Of a stretch of 64,000 nucleotides of DNA, positions 30,061 through 40,794 are shown piece after piece. The stretch comes from the human T2T-CHM13v2.0 reference genome, Homo sapiens. The notes beneath the pieces are model-generated. The model was not told the DNA's origin. It ran no database searches and saw nothing but the letters and a program-made list of their open reading frames with translations. Made by a program: the position numbers and the translations under genes. Position 1 is the first letter of the stretch. Every line of letters begins with the position of its first letter. The DNA lies in assembly GCF_009914755.1 (NCBI RefSeq), contig NC_060928.1. The stretch is one strand, 5' to 3'.

Positions 30061-30074
30061 TAAAGAGATAGATA
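29996..30074. repeat. (GATA)n tetranucleotide microsatellite inside the ERV
   Basis: TAGA/GATA units visible directly. Confidence 0.95.
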
Positions 30075-30149
30075 CAAACATGGTGACCATTATCCATCCT
30101 ACAGTAACTATATAACAAAAACACCAAGGAAAGTTTGTAGATATTATAT

Positions 30150-33100
30150 TTTGTCTGTCTTCTAAACAGGTACTTCAGGTCGTCCACAGGATCACAGGTG
30201 TAGTGGCTGATGGGAACTTGAGGTTCCAGGTCCAGGGAACCCAAGTGATACCAGGGCTTCAGGTATCACAGACTTAATTCTTGATAGATGTATCCAACTA
30301 TCTAATCCTAGTACCTTGACCACAGGAGGTGTGGCCAGTACCACTGAAAACAGTCCCTTCCATTTGGGTTGCAGTTATTGAACAGATGATCCCTCCTTCC
30401 ATGTTTTAGCAAGTACTTTATCTCCTGGCCTGATTTTGGATTGTTGGTTAGTTGCTGGTATGGGAAGCCTTTGAGTTGCAAACTTTTGTAAAGCCTGCTG
30501 AAATTGTCCTAGGTTAACTAGGTATTTGACTAAACTGGCTGTTTCTGGACAGGTTAATTAATTAATTTCAGTAATTAGATCATTACTTAAGAATGGTTTC
30601 TGTATAACATTTTATATGGGCTTATATTAATTTTTTCTCTAGTGGTATTACGAATCCTTAAAAGAGCTATGGGCAGTAAGCTGATCCAAGTTTCTGATGT
30701 TTCCTTATATAGCTTAACCAACGCTCATTTTAGAGTTTGGTTAGCACTTTCTACTTTCCCAGAGGATTGAGGCCACCATGCTGAATGTAAACAGTATTTG
30801 ATTCCAAGAGCTTTTAGCAACCCCTTGAGTTATTTGGGAGATAAAGGATAGACCTTTGTCACTTTGGAGACTCTGAGGTAACCCAAACCAGGGGATTATT
30901 TCTTTTAAGAGAAACTTTATAACTTCATTAGCCTTCTCTGTTCTAGTAGGGTAAGCTTTGACCAAGCCAGTAAAGGTATATATATATCTATTAACACTAA
31001 CAAAAACTTGAATCCTCTGCAAGCTGGCATATGGGTGAAGTCTAATTGCCAGTCTTTCCCTGAGTAAGTTGCTCTCCTCTGGACTGGTTCTATTAGAGGA
31101 GGCATTTTGTTTCCTGGTTTGTTAAGTGCATACAGTGAGCAGGCTTGAAAGACCTGCTTAACCACCAAAGCTAAGTTAGGCCCAATGAAGAGCACGGTCA
31201 GGGTGGCATCTCTCATGATATAGAAAGAGTCAGGCAGAGGTTTTATAATCCTCCATTGGGGTTGTTTGAGGGAGATATATTTTCCTTCCCATATACCACC
31301 AGGATCCTTGTTTTTTCCTCCTTTCCCCTTTATTAACTGTTCTTCCTATAGTGTATATTTAGGTTCCACTGAGGAATCAGTCATAGAAAGGAATCTGTAC
31401 TAGGGTCTGTTGGGATTGCACACTGAGGGCTGCAGCTTTGGCTTCTCTATCAGCCTTTCTGTTCCCTTGTGCTATAGGGGTTAAGCCCCTTTGATGCTCC
31501 CTACAATGGATTATAGCTACGGCCTTTGGCAGGTGTATTGCTTCCAATAGCTGAAAATTTCAGGCCCATGTTTTATAGGGGAGTGTTGGCTAGTCAGTAG
31601 TCTCCTTTCCAGATTGTAGCATGAGCATGAACCACAAGGAATGCATATGTAGAATCTCTATAGATGTCAAGCTTTTGTCCCAACATTTATGCTCGGGAAA
31701 GAGCAATGATTTCAGCCTTTTTTGCTGATGTGCCAGGGATCAGTGGCTGGGTTTCAATAATGGTGTTGTGATTTACTATTGCATAAATGGTGTTGTGATT
31801 TACTATTGCATATCCAGCTCAGTGCTCCCAATTTGACACAAAACTACTGCTGTCTGTGAAACAATCATCCTCAGAATGTGGGAGAGGCTGATCTTTTTAA
31901 ATCAGGCCGGCTGACATATGTGTTTACAACGACCTGCTCATAGGACTGATTGGTTATTGGGCCTAAGGGTAGCAATGAAGCTGGATTCAAAGTGTTACAG
32001 GTTGTAAGGGTTACATCTGGATTGTCTGGGAGCATGGCCTGGTAGTTGGTTAACCTTTCCCCCATCATCCAGATGTGTCCTTTTATCTCTAAGACTGACT
32101 TTACCTAATTTCCATTGGTTGGCCCAGAGCAACTTTCGTGGCTTCCTCCACTAACATAGCAGGGGCTGGTATTGCCAGCAGGCAACTTGGCCATCCCAAG
32201 ACCACTCCATCAAACTTTTTGGAAAAGTAGGTGGTTGGTCTGAGTTCTGATCCTAACTTCTGGGCTAGCACTCCCACAGCTATTCCCTTCTTCTCTGCTT
32301 AAGTTAGGCCTGGGATGCCAAGAGCAGGAGCCAGGGTAAGGCCTGTTTTGGCTTGGTGAAGGCTTCCCTCATGTCTGGGATCCATTCCATTAGCTCATTT
32401 TCAGGCCACCTTGTTGCTTCATATAGGGGCTTTGCCATGAGCCCAAAATTTGGTACCCATATCCTGCAAAACCTGGCCATTCCCAAAAAAGAACAAAGCT
32501 GCTGCTTGGAGGTGGGGGGCAGGGCAGGGAGGGTAGCGGGGGTAGGGAAGGCAAACCACATATAGCTTGCACTTGTTTCATGGATATTTGCCGGTTCTGG
32601 GTTTTAAGACATACCATAAATATTGGACCCATTGGAGGGTAATCTGAGCCTTCTTTTTGGACACTTTGTATCCCCTGTCAGCCAGGAAATTCAAGGTTTT
32701 TATAGTATTTTGGTAGAAGCTTCCTGAGTTGGGCTACATACAAGAGGTCATCCACATACTGGAGTACACTCCCATTCTCCAGTTGCAGATCCCTCAGATC
32801 CCTCTCTAAGGCTTGGGCAAAGAAATGGAGGCTATCGCAAAATCCCTGAGGGAGCACTATCCAAGTGTATTGTTGTTTTTCTCTGGTATTAGGATTTTTC
32901 TATTCAAAGGGAAAAAAGGTATTGGGACGCTGGGGCCAGAGGAATAGAGAATAAAGTAGCTTATAAGTCTAGGACTGAGAGCCATTTTGTATCCCATGGC
33001 ACTTGAGACAGGAGGGTGTATGGATCTGCCACCAATGGGTAGACAGGGATAACAGCCTCATTAATTATTCTGAGGTCCTGTACTAACTGGCATTACCCTG

Positions 33101-33720
33101 ACTTTAGAATGGGTAAGATGGAGGTGTTGCAGGAAGAACCACAGAGTTTCAAGAGCCCAGGGGTAAATAATACCTCAACTATGGGTGCTAGGCCTCTTCT
33201 TGCTTCCAACTTAATTGGGTATTGTTTTTGATTGGAAAAATAGTTGGGGTCTTTAAGCTGTATTTTGACTGGCACTGCTGTTTTAGCCTTCCCCGGTTTC
33301 CCAGTATGCCATGCCAGTGGGTTAACCTGTTTATTAGTGTGGTCTGGGGCGTTGTCTGTATTTTTGACTTCTAGCAGTTTCACTGGGTGACACTTCAATT
33401 GTAGTAGTGCCCTTATTTTAACCATAATATCTCTTCCCAACAGGGGGACTGGGCAGCTTGGTACTTCTAGAAATTTCTGTTGGAAGATTTCTCAAATTGA
33501 CAAAGGAGTAAAGAATCTTGTTTGTGACTTTCCTTCTATTTCCCTAACACTCGTCGACCCTGGGGAAAGTTTTCCTGCATGAGCAGTAAGGACAGTGTAA
33601 TTTGGCCCTGTATCAAAAAGAAACTGAATTTGGGTGCTCATGATGTCCAGAGTTACTCAGGGCTCCTCAGTAGTAACTACTGTGTTCCTGTACAGGGTTG
33701 ATAAGAAAGACCCTGGGCCT
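30150..33720 (-). pseudogene. ERV pro-pol remnant (protease, RT, RNase H, integrase) with multiple stops and frameshifts
   Basis: FLFDTG (DTG at 33606-33614), YTWIVLPQGF (~32840-32870), QYVDDL (YVDD at 32747-32758), FLGMARFCRIWVPNF, FTDSS, WQLDFTHM, LQSDKG, C-terminal YTCDPVDDLKYLF. Confidence 0.9.
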
Positions 33721-33722
33721 CT

Positions 33723-35045
33723 TCAGTCTTCATCTGATTCCTCTTTTAGCACTGCTGGAGTTTTGCCTGACTGAGCTCCTTGGTGGGAGTGGAGGCAGCC
33801 AACACCTCCAGTGCCAAGGATCATAACTGGCACCCTCACATTTTTGGCCGGGTTTTGGCAGAGGCTTGGTATAGTCCTTTGTCCAATGCCCAGGTTCCTT
33901 GCACTTGAAACAAGAGCCCCTGTTGGCATTATCTTTGTGGCCCTTTGGGTTTCCCTTGGATGCTTTTTGGGCATTCAGGGCATCACCAATGATGGCTGCC
34001 ATAATTTTGGCTTGCTGTTTTTCTTTACTCTGTTCCCTTTTTCCTTCTTCCAGATCACGGTAGTTATACACCATATAGGTGGTATCATGAAGTTGATTTT
34101 GATTAGTTTATGGCTCCATCTGTAGCTTTTGGAGCTTGCATCTAGTATCTGGTGTGGATTGGCTAATAAAATGTTGTGCCATTAATATTTTACCTTTGGG
34201 AAAGGAAGGGTCCAGATTAGCATATTTTTAAAAAGCTTCCTCCAGCTTGCCATAAAACATGGCTGGATTTTCCTCCTTGCCCTGTGTAATCTCCCTTACT
34301 TTATCATAATTTACTGCCTTAGTTATTCCCTTTCTCATTCCTTCAAGGAAGGGCCTCAAGCAATTTAGCCCAGTTGTTCATTCCCATGGATGTGTTATAG
34401 TCCCAATTAGGATCAGTAGTGGGGAGAGTGTCTGGGCCCAGGTGATTTCCCTGAGGGTTTCGGGTGAATAAATTGCCCACTTCCCAATGGGTGGCCTCAA
34501 AGATTCATTCCTCTTCAAAGGGGGTGCAACAATTTGCTAGAATGAAACCATCTGCAAATTTCCTAGGATTCTCAGGGTAGTTTCCTGGCCTTTCCTTACA
34601 TTGTTGTGTATTAGTTATGGAGAAGGAGCCTGCACTAGGAATTGCCCCTCAGCTCTTGCTACTTCCTTAAGGAGTAGAAGGGATAGAGGGAGAGTCAAAT
34701 ATGGTGTTCACCTCTGAGTGTGAGGGGGACTTGGTAAGGTCCCCAGTGCTGGGTTTTAGCCTCAGGAACACTTGGCAAGGGGCTATATGGGGGTGGTTGC
34801 TGTTCACCCTGAGACAGGTGGCTCTTGTAAAAGGGGGTCATCTATAATATCTATTAGGTTTTGGTATAGGGCCATGAAGACCTGTACATATGGGATTTCT
34901 GACCATTTGCCCTGACTTGTACAAAATAGGCCTAATTGCAGGATAGTGTCCAATGGTGGAGGATGCAGCCAAGCGGGGAATCAAGTGGAACAGATGGAGA
35001 GTTGCCCATAGAAGAATCAGGTGTGATAGATGGAGAATTGCCCAT
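33723..35045 (-). pseudogene. ERV gag remnant (frameshifted, internally deleted)
   Basis: MGNSPS start, TILQLGLFC..QGKWSEIPYVQ matrix motif, degenerate zinc knuckle CFKCKEPGHWTKDY (ORF 33730..34074). Confidence 0.85.
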
Positions 35046-35925
35046 AGTGGTCTGGACTTAGCAAAGTATTAGAAGACCCAAATTTTATCCGGGGTGTCCT
35101 CCTGGAAGAATTTTGGGTCCTGACCGGGGTCCCTGGGGGTTTCCCCACTTTAGAGCCCCTGACTTAGTCTGTCAGATGCCTCTGACCTTAGATGAGTGCT
35201 GGCACCACTTTCACCACTGATGACCCACTATGAACTTTCCTTCTTGTCCCCGGATGAAGACCTCAGCTTCTAGAAGGCTTCGACTTCTACAGTTACAACC
35301 CTTTGGGTTTTCCTATCCCACTTAAAACAATTCTTTAACTCTCTAAATTTAGGCAAGATTAAATTATAATAGATTACCTTCCACGAATCACACCTTGTCC
35401 CCCATGACTCACACAGACCATCTACAACATGGCCAAACCCCCGGCTTGCCCTTAACAAGTCAAGTAGGGGAAGAGGAGAATTTATTTAGTATAATGGAAG
35501 AAGGTTTAAGTCACCTGAAATGTGTGTGAATTCGCCCTGGACAAGCCGCTGCTGCCAATTCTGTCACACATAGGGATCAGAGACTATAAGATAGAAAATA
35601 GTTCTTTCCCCTTCTGGGCAAGGCCAGCTATCCTCATTCACTCCTCCGCTTTCAAGTAACACTGGAGAGTGGTCCCAGCCAGTTACCCTCAATTACCCAG
35701 GGGCTACTAGGAAACAGCCACTGAAAGACCGAGAAAGAAAAGGACTCAGGTCCCTCACCAAAACCAGGCTGTGGCCCCGGCGAAACCTTTCAGTTTCACC
35801 ACAGAGTGGCCCCGGCCAGAAACCTGCAGTTGCCTCCATGCTTAGACGCTGTCCACCGAAGGTCCTGAGTTGGAAAGGAAAAGAGAGAGAGAAAAAGAAA
35901 TATAAAACCTAAACTTTGGGCTTAC

Positions 35926-35943
35926 CTCCTGGCTGGCTTGCCA
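35926..35943 (-). other. Primer binding site, tRNA-Arg(ACG) type
   Basis: - strand TGGCAAGCCAGCCAGGAG versus TGGCGAGCCAGCCAGGAG (complement of the tRNA-Arg-ACG 3' end as recalled): one CpG-type mismatch, 5 nt from the LTR. Confidence 0.8.
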
Positions 35944-35948
35944 AAACA

Positions 35949-36378
35949 TGTTACTGGTTGAGGGTAGTTGTCCAGGTTCTTGGCCTTTAGAACAAAGAAC
36001 TGAACAAAGCACACAAGCAAGGCAAGCCAAAGCACAGATTTATTTTAAATGAAAGTACACTTCACAAGGAAGAAGCGACCTCAAACAAGAAGCTCAGGAG
36101 CACTGGTTACAGAATTTTCTGGAGTTTATATACCCTCTAAAGGTTTCCTATTGGTTCACGCTAGTGACCTGCGATCAATCTGATTGGTTGAAGCATAAGC
36201 CTGTGACCAGTCTGATTGGTTGTGGGAGCGGACCAATCAGAGGTACTTTCATTTTCCAGCTGCCAGGCAGCAACTGCTGCACAGCAAAAGGAGGGTTTCA
36301 AAGGGAGTAGCCTCTGATATCCAGTCAGCCTGAGTTGGCCTTAGGTTCCCTGCCTCCAGAACCTATTCTCCTGCCTCA
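35949..36378 (-). mobile_element. 5' LTR of the provirus
   Basis: On the - strand: TGAGGCAGGAGAATAGG...TAACA; CCAAT boxes, TATATAAA (36125-36132), AATAAA (36039-36044); followed by the PBS. Confidence 0.92.
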
Positions 36379-36488
36379 ATAGCATATTACATTTACTTAG
36401 TTTCTATTGTATATAATCATCCACTGCCCTCAGCCCCATCTGCCAGTTCTTGCTCTGCAAAAGCCACACTGTTGAGGCCGTGAAAGTA

Positions 36489-37016
36489 TAGTTGAGCCTT
36501 GAACATTATGGGTTTGAAATACGAAGGTCCACTTAAACAGAGACTTTTTTCAGTAAATGTATTGGAAAAGTTTTCTGAGATTTGCAACAATTTGAAAAAA
36601 TCTGCAGATGAACTGTATGGCCTAAAAATATTTCCTGCCTCCCCTTCCACCTCTTCTGCTTCTGCCACTCCTGAGACAGCAAGACCAGCCCTTCCTCTTC
36701 CTTCTCCTCCTCAGCCTATTCAACATGAAGATAATGAGGATAAAGACCTTTATAATTACCACTTTTGCTTAATAAATAGTAAATATATTTCTCTTATGAT
36801 TTTCTTAAGAATTTTTATCTCTAACCTATTGTAAGAAGAGAGTATACAATACATATAACACACAAAATAATGTTAAACAACTTTATATTATCAATAAGTG
36901 TTCTGGGCACCAGTAGGGAATTAGAGGTTAAGTTCTGGGGGAGTCAAAAGTTATACATGGATTTTTCTCATGTCAGGTAGGCACCCTTTCACACCACAGT
37001 GTTAAAAAGTCAACTG
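36489..37016 (+). mobile_element. Tigger2-family non-autonomous DNA transposon
   Basis: TAGTTGAGCCTTGAACA...GTTAAAAAGTCAACTG degenerate TIRs with TA on both flanks. Confidence 0.8.
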
Positions 37017-37084
37017 TAATTTGACTTTATTGGTATATCAAGGTACTCAAAATGCTCAGTTAAGGCTTCTTTTTGAAGGAACTA

Positions 37085-37089
<5 letters not shown>

Positions 37090-37142
<53 letters not shown>

Positions 37143-37435
37143 TTTGATACAGAGTCTCACTCTCTGTCACCCAGTCTGGAGTGCGGTGGCATGATCTTGG
37201 CTCACTGCGATCTCCGTCTCCCGCATTCAAGTGATTCCCCTGCCTCAGTCCCCACTCCTGAGTAGCTGGGACTACAGGTGCCTGCCACTGCACCCGGCTA
37301 AGTTTTGTCATTTTAGTAGAGACAGGGTTTCATCATGTTGGCCAGGCTGGTCTCAAACTCCTGACCTGAGATGATCCACCTGCCTTGGCCTCCCAAAGTG
37401 CTGGGATTACAGGCGTGAGCCACCGTGCCCAGCCT
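37090..37435 (-). mobile_element. Alu (S-type) with (TA)n tail
   Basis: Reverse-strand dimer; (TA)n at 37090-37138. Confidence 0.95.
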
Positions 37436-38599
37436 GATGGATGTATTCTTCAGTATGGATAAATTATAAAATAAAATGAACATTATATATATATCTAAAT
37501 GGAGCTAGTGCATTTATTAATAATATAGGGAATGTTGCTTATACATTGGAGGATTTCTTAATTCTGGTTTGGAGGTTTGCGTGTTGACTCATAAAAGTAA
37601 CTGTGATGCAATACTTACTCACTATAGGACTATCTATAAAAATTCAATATCAATTATATGAACATGATTGTACTTTTGGTTTTATAGTACATCTTTCAGC
37701 AGAGCCAAAGTGAAATCATTTCACTATTCATATGAAATATCAGGACTCATGGAGTAGGCATCAAACTGAGTGGTTAGGAGCATTTGCTCTTAGGGCTGCC
37801 CTTAACCTATACATAGATTAAGGGACCATCAATTTATCATGATAAAAAAGGGCTGCTACTCAAACTTTTTGAAATTGTTCCCCTTTGTCTCTGCCTAGCA
37901 TGCAGAATGTTGAATGTAAAGAATCCTACATTTACACAGGGTTGGTTTCCAACTCATGCATATATTCCAGAATGCCATGACACATCAATAGGTGCTGCAA
38001 TGTGATGTGGTTGTGACGACGCTCCATGCTGCCCAATGATGCACCATAAAATACCCAAAATGGTTAGTCTTAATGTGAAGTAAATACTAAGTTCATGGAT
38101 TGAAAATATTGAAGATTACTTCACTTGCTCTGTAGCTCCATTTATAAGAGTCCTTCAGTTCTTAAATATGATTTACATAGTGTAACTATCATAATATCAA
38201 GGGTATTCATGATAGTTGCCATTTATTGAGCACTCACTCTATGCTAGGATCTGGTATTGTTCATGTATCTTATCCATTTGATCTGCTTAAAAGCATGTAG
38301 TTATCTTTATTTTTTATTTTCAGATGAGGAATCTGAATCTTTCAAATATTAAGTAACTTAGTATGTGCTGGAATTTGTATATGAAAACCCACATTGGTTT
38401 GAATCTAAAGCTCATCCAAAGCACTAAGCTATGCTGTCCCCATGATCTAGGTTATGTGCCTAGATCATGTAAATGTTCACCCTATAAATTTCCAACTGGA
38501 AAAAGACTAAGCAATTTCCAATATAAACAGTCCACTTTCCCAAAAGTGAAACATTTCTGATGACTGATCTGCACAATGTGTTTTCATCTCAATAAGAAG

Positions 38600-38725
38600 A
38601 GTAAGAAAATGGAAAGTATTGCATATGTTAAATAGCTTGATTTAACCTCATTGTATACATATATCAAAACATCATGTCATATACTACAAATATGAAGTTA
38701 CTTGTCAATCAAAAAAAAAAAGAAG
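38600..38725 (+). mobile_element. 5'-truncated L1 3' end with poly(A)
   Basis: ATGTTAAATAGCTTGATTTA..TGTATACATATATCAAAACATCA..TTGTCAAT followed by an A-run. Confidence 0.7.
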
Positions 38726-39387
38726 AAAAGAGAAGAACAGGCCTAGAACAGAAATGAAGCCTATGGGAGCATAAAGGTGCAACAGTGTAGACCAACTGCG
38801 TGAGCTCCAAACAAAGTCTCCAAAAGAATCTTTTGAAATCTTTGGGCAAGTCTCTCAATCTCTCTGAATCACAATTGCCTCATCCACCAGAACAGATAAC
38901 AGTGCAGGCCCCTACTTCACTTTGGAATGGGCATGACACTTTTCTAGCCTTATTTCCCATACTTGGTCATACCCTCACATCAGGTCTTTATTCCATGTAA
39001 AAGATTTGCTGGGAAGGCCTTTGAGGGGCCTCTTCATCTTTCCACAGAGCTTTCCATTAAACAGAGGCAAAATTAAACCATGTCCTTTTTTTCCATGGCA
39101 CTCTGAACCCTTCTCATCATGTGATCTATTAGAATTACTTATCTATGTATCTGGCCCACACCACTGAGCTCCTGGTGAACCTATACTGCTCCCCTTCATA
39201 AAATATAAAGCAGGTGGCTCACACAAAATACACTCTCAACAAATGTGGAATAGAAGGCATGATTCATGATTATTTCATTCTACTAAATGCATGATATTAT
39301 TTGGACTACGCACTGTGATATACCATTAAAAATAAGTGATTTTTAAAAAAAAATTTCCAGAATTAGGACAGATGCACTGTGACTCAC

Positions 39388-39388
<1 letters not shown>

Positions 39389-39438
<50 letters not shown>

Positions 39439-39726
39439 TTGAGTCGGAGTCTTGCTCTATCACCCATGATGGAGTACAGTGGCATGACCTTGGCTCACTG
39501 CAACGTCTGCCTCCCGGGTTCAAGGGAGTCTCCTGCCTCAGCCCACCCGAGTAGCTGGGACTACAGGCGCGCGCCATCACGCCCAGCTAATTTCCTTTGT
39601 ATTTTTAGTAAAGATGGGGTTTTGCCATCTTGGCCAGGCTGCTCTCGAACTCCTGACCTCAGGTGATCCACCCGCCTCGGCTTCCCAAAGTGCTGGGATT
39701 ACAGGCATGAGCCACTGCGCCTGGCC
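39389..39726 (-). mobile_element. Alu (S-type) with (ATT)n tail
   Basis: Reverse-strand dimer; (TTA)n at 39389-39438. Confidence 0.95.
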
Positions 39727-40646
39727 TGACCTACATTCTTAAAAGGGCTGTGTTACTGAAACAATCAGGAAAGAATCATATCTCCAGGTGAAGGAAAATG
39801 AACAATGCTTTTTCTCTTCCTCAAGTCAAGAAAAATCCAGTTCTTTAGTTGACAGTACATCCAAGTTAGTCAAATTAAGTAGCTTCCTGTCTCCGCTTCA
39901 TTTTATCTACTTGTCATGATTAAATATCCTACTAGGTTGTAAGTGGGCCCTCAACGCTGACCTTTTTATCTTGGGATTTGAGAGGCACAGTCTAGAGCAC
40001 TACTCTTCACCTAAATGCCAGTATGCCACCAGTAGAAATTATCCTTTAGGCTAAATATTGTTCTTCCCAGAAACCCTCTTTTCAAGGATCAGTTTAAACC
40101 TAAATTCATCAGAGAGGAAAACAGCAGATTTCAGAGTCAGATGAAGAATTCATATCCACCTGGCTTTGAACATTATCGGCTGTGAGATGGTGTAGGTAAA
40201 ATTTTAAGTGCATAATTTGGCAATAATAAATCATCAATAAATATTAATGTTGATGAGGCCCCTGGGCCACATAAAGAAATAGGGAGTGAGGGGATTTGAA
40301 ATTCTGGCCACTTCACAGAAATGGGTGGGAAGGGGCTCTTGATTGAGATAGAAGCCCATCCTACATGAAGCAATTCCTCATTGAGTTCTCTCGTCCTTTA
40401 TCCTTGTTGGAAACATCAGGCAAAGTCACTCTTGGTCTTAAAGTACTTTTACATCTAAATACGGAACTCTTCTATTTAATCCCTGTCTGTTGTAGATGTT
40501 AAGTATACAAAGAGGTTGTCAGAGTTTGAAACATCTGGACTTCTGTCAGGTACTAGCTCCGGAACTCCAGTCCTGCTCGCCCTCAAAAACGGCTTGCAGC
40601 TAGAGGTTTAAGTTCCACTTCCTCTCAGCGAATCCTTACGCACGAG

Positions 40647-40658
40647 GGAGGCGGGGCG
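40647..40658 (+). promoter_or_regulatory. GC box (Sp/KLF)
   Basis: GGAGGCGGGGCG in the proximal promoter. Confidence 0.6.
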
Positions 40659-40711
40659 TGTGTCCTCCGCGCGTGGTTTTCGGGTAGCACCTTCTGGGGC
40701 GCCGCCTGCCT

Positions 40712-40721
40712 CCACCCACGG
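40712..40721 (-). promoter_or_regulatory. WT1/EGR-type response element
   Basis: CCGTGGGTGG on the - strand next to the CRE; matches the WT1 element recalled for this promoter. Confidence 0.7.
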
Positions 40722-40729
40722 CCGGGCCT

Positions 40730-40737
40730 TGACGTCA
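40730..40737. promoter_or_regulatory. Perfect palindromic CRE (CREB/ATF)
   Basis: TGACGTCA about 30 nt upstream of the TATA box. AREG is an established cAMP-responsive gene. Confidence 0.9.
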
Positions 40738-40765
40738 TGGGCTGCGGCCCCCTCCCGGCTGAGCC

Positions 40766-40771
40766 TATAAA
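40766..40771 (+). promoter_or_regulatory. TATA box
   Basis: TATAAA about 29 nt upstream of the inferred TSS. Confidence 0.9.
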
Positions 40772-40794
40772 GCGGCAGGTGCGCGCCGCCCTAC

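Larger units (their letters stand above)
29158..36378 (-). mobile_element. Decayed class I (ERV1, gammaretrovirus-like) provirus: LTR-gag-pro-pol-deleted env-LTR; LTRs MER51-like
   Basis: Two ~430-bp direct repeats; flanks ACAG (29154-29157) and ATAG (36379-36382) fit a 4-bp TSD with one mismatch; PBS, PPT, DTG, LPQG, YVDD and integrase motifs all on the - strand. Exact family not determined. Confidence 0.93.

Noticed and set aside
29696-35045. Possibility of an intact or domesticated ERV gene (syncytin-like env or gag)
   Set aside because: All frames are broken (longest listed ORF 115 aa), the zinc knuckle is mutated and env is mostly deleted.
36417-36834. ORFs of 83 and 111 aa
   Set aside because: Lie within the non-autonomous Tigger2-type element; no transposase motifs.
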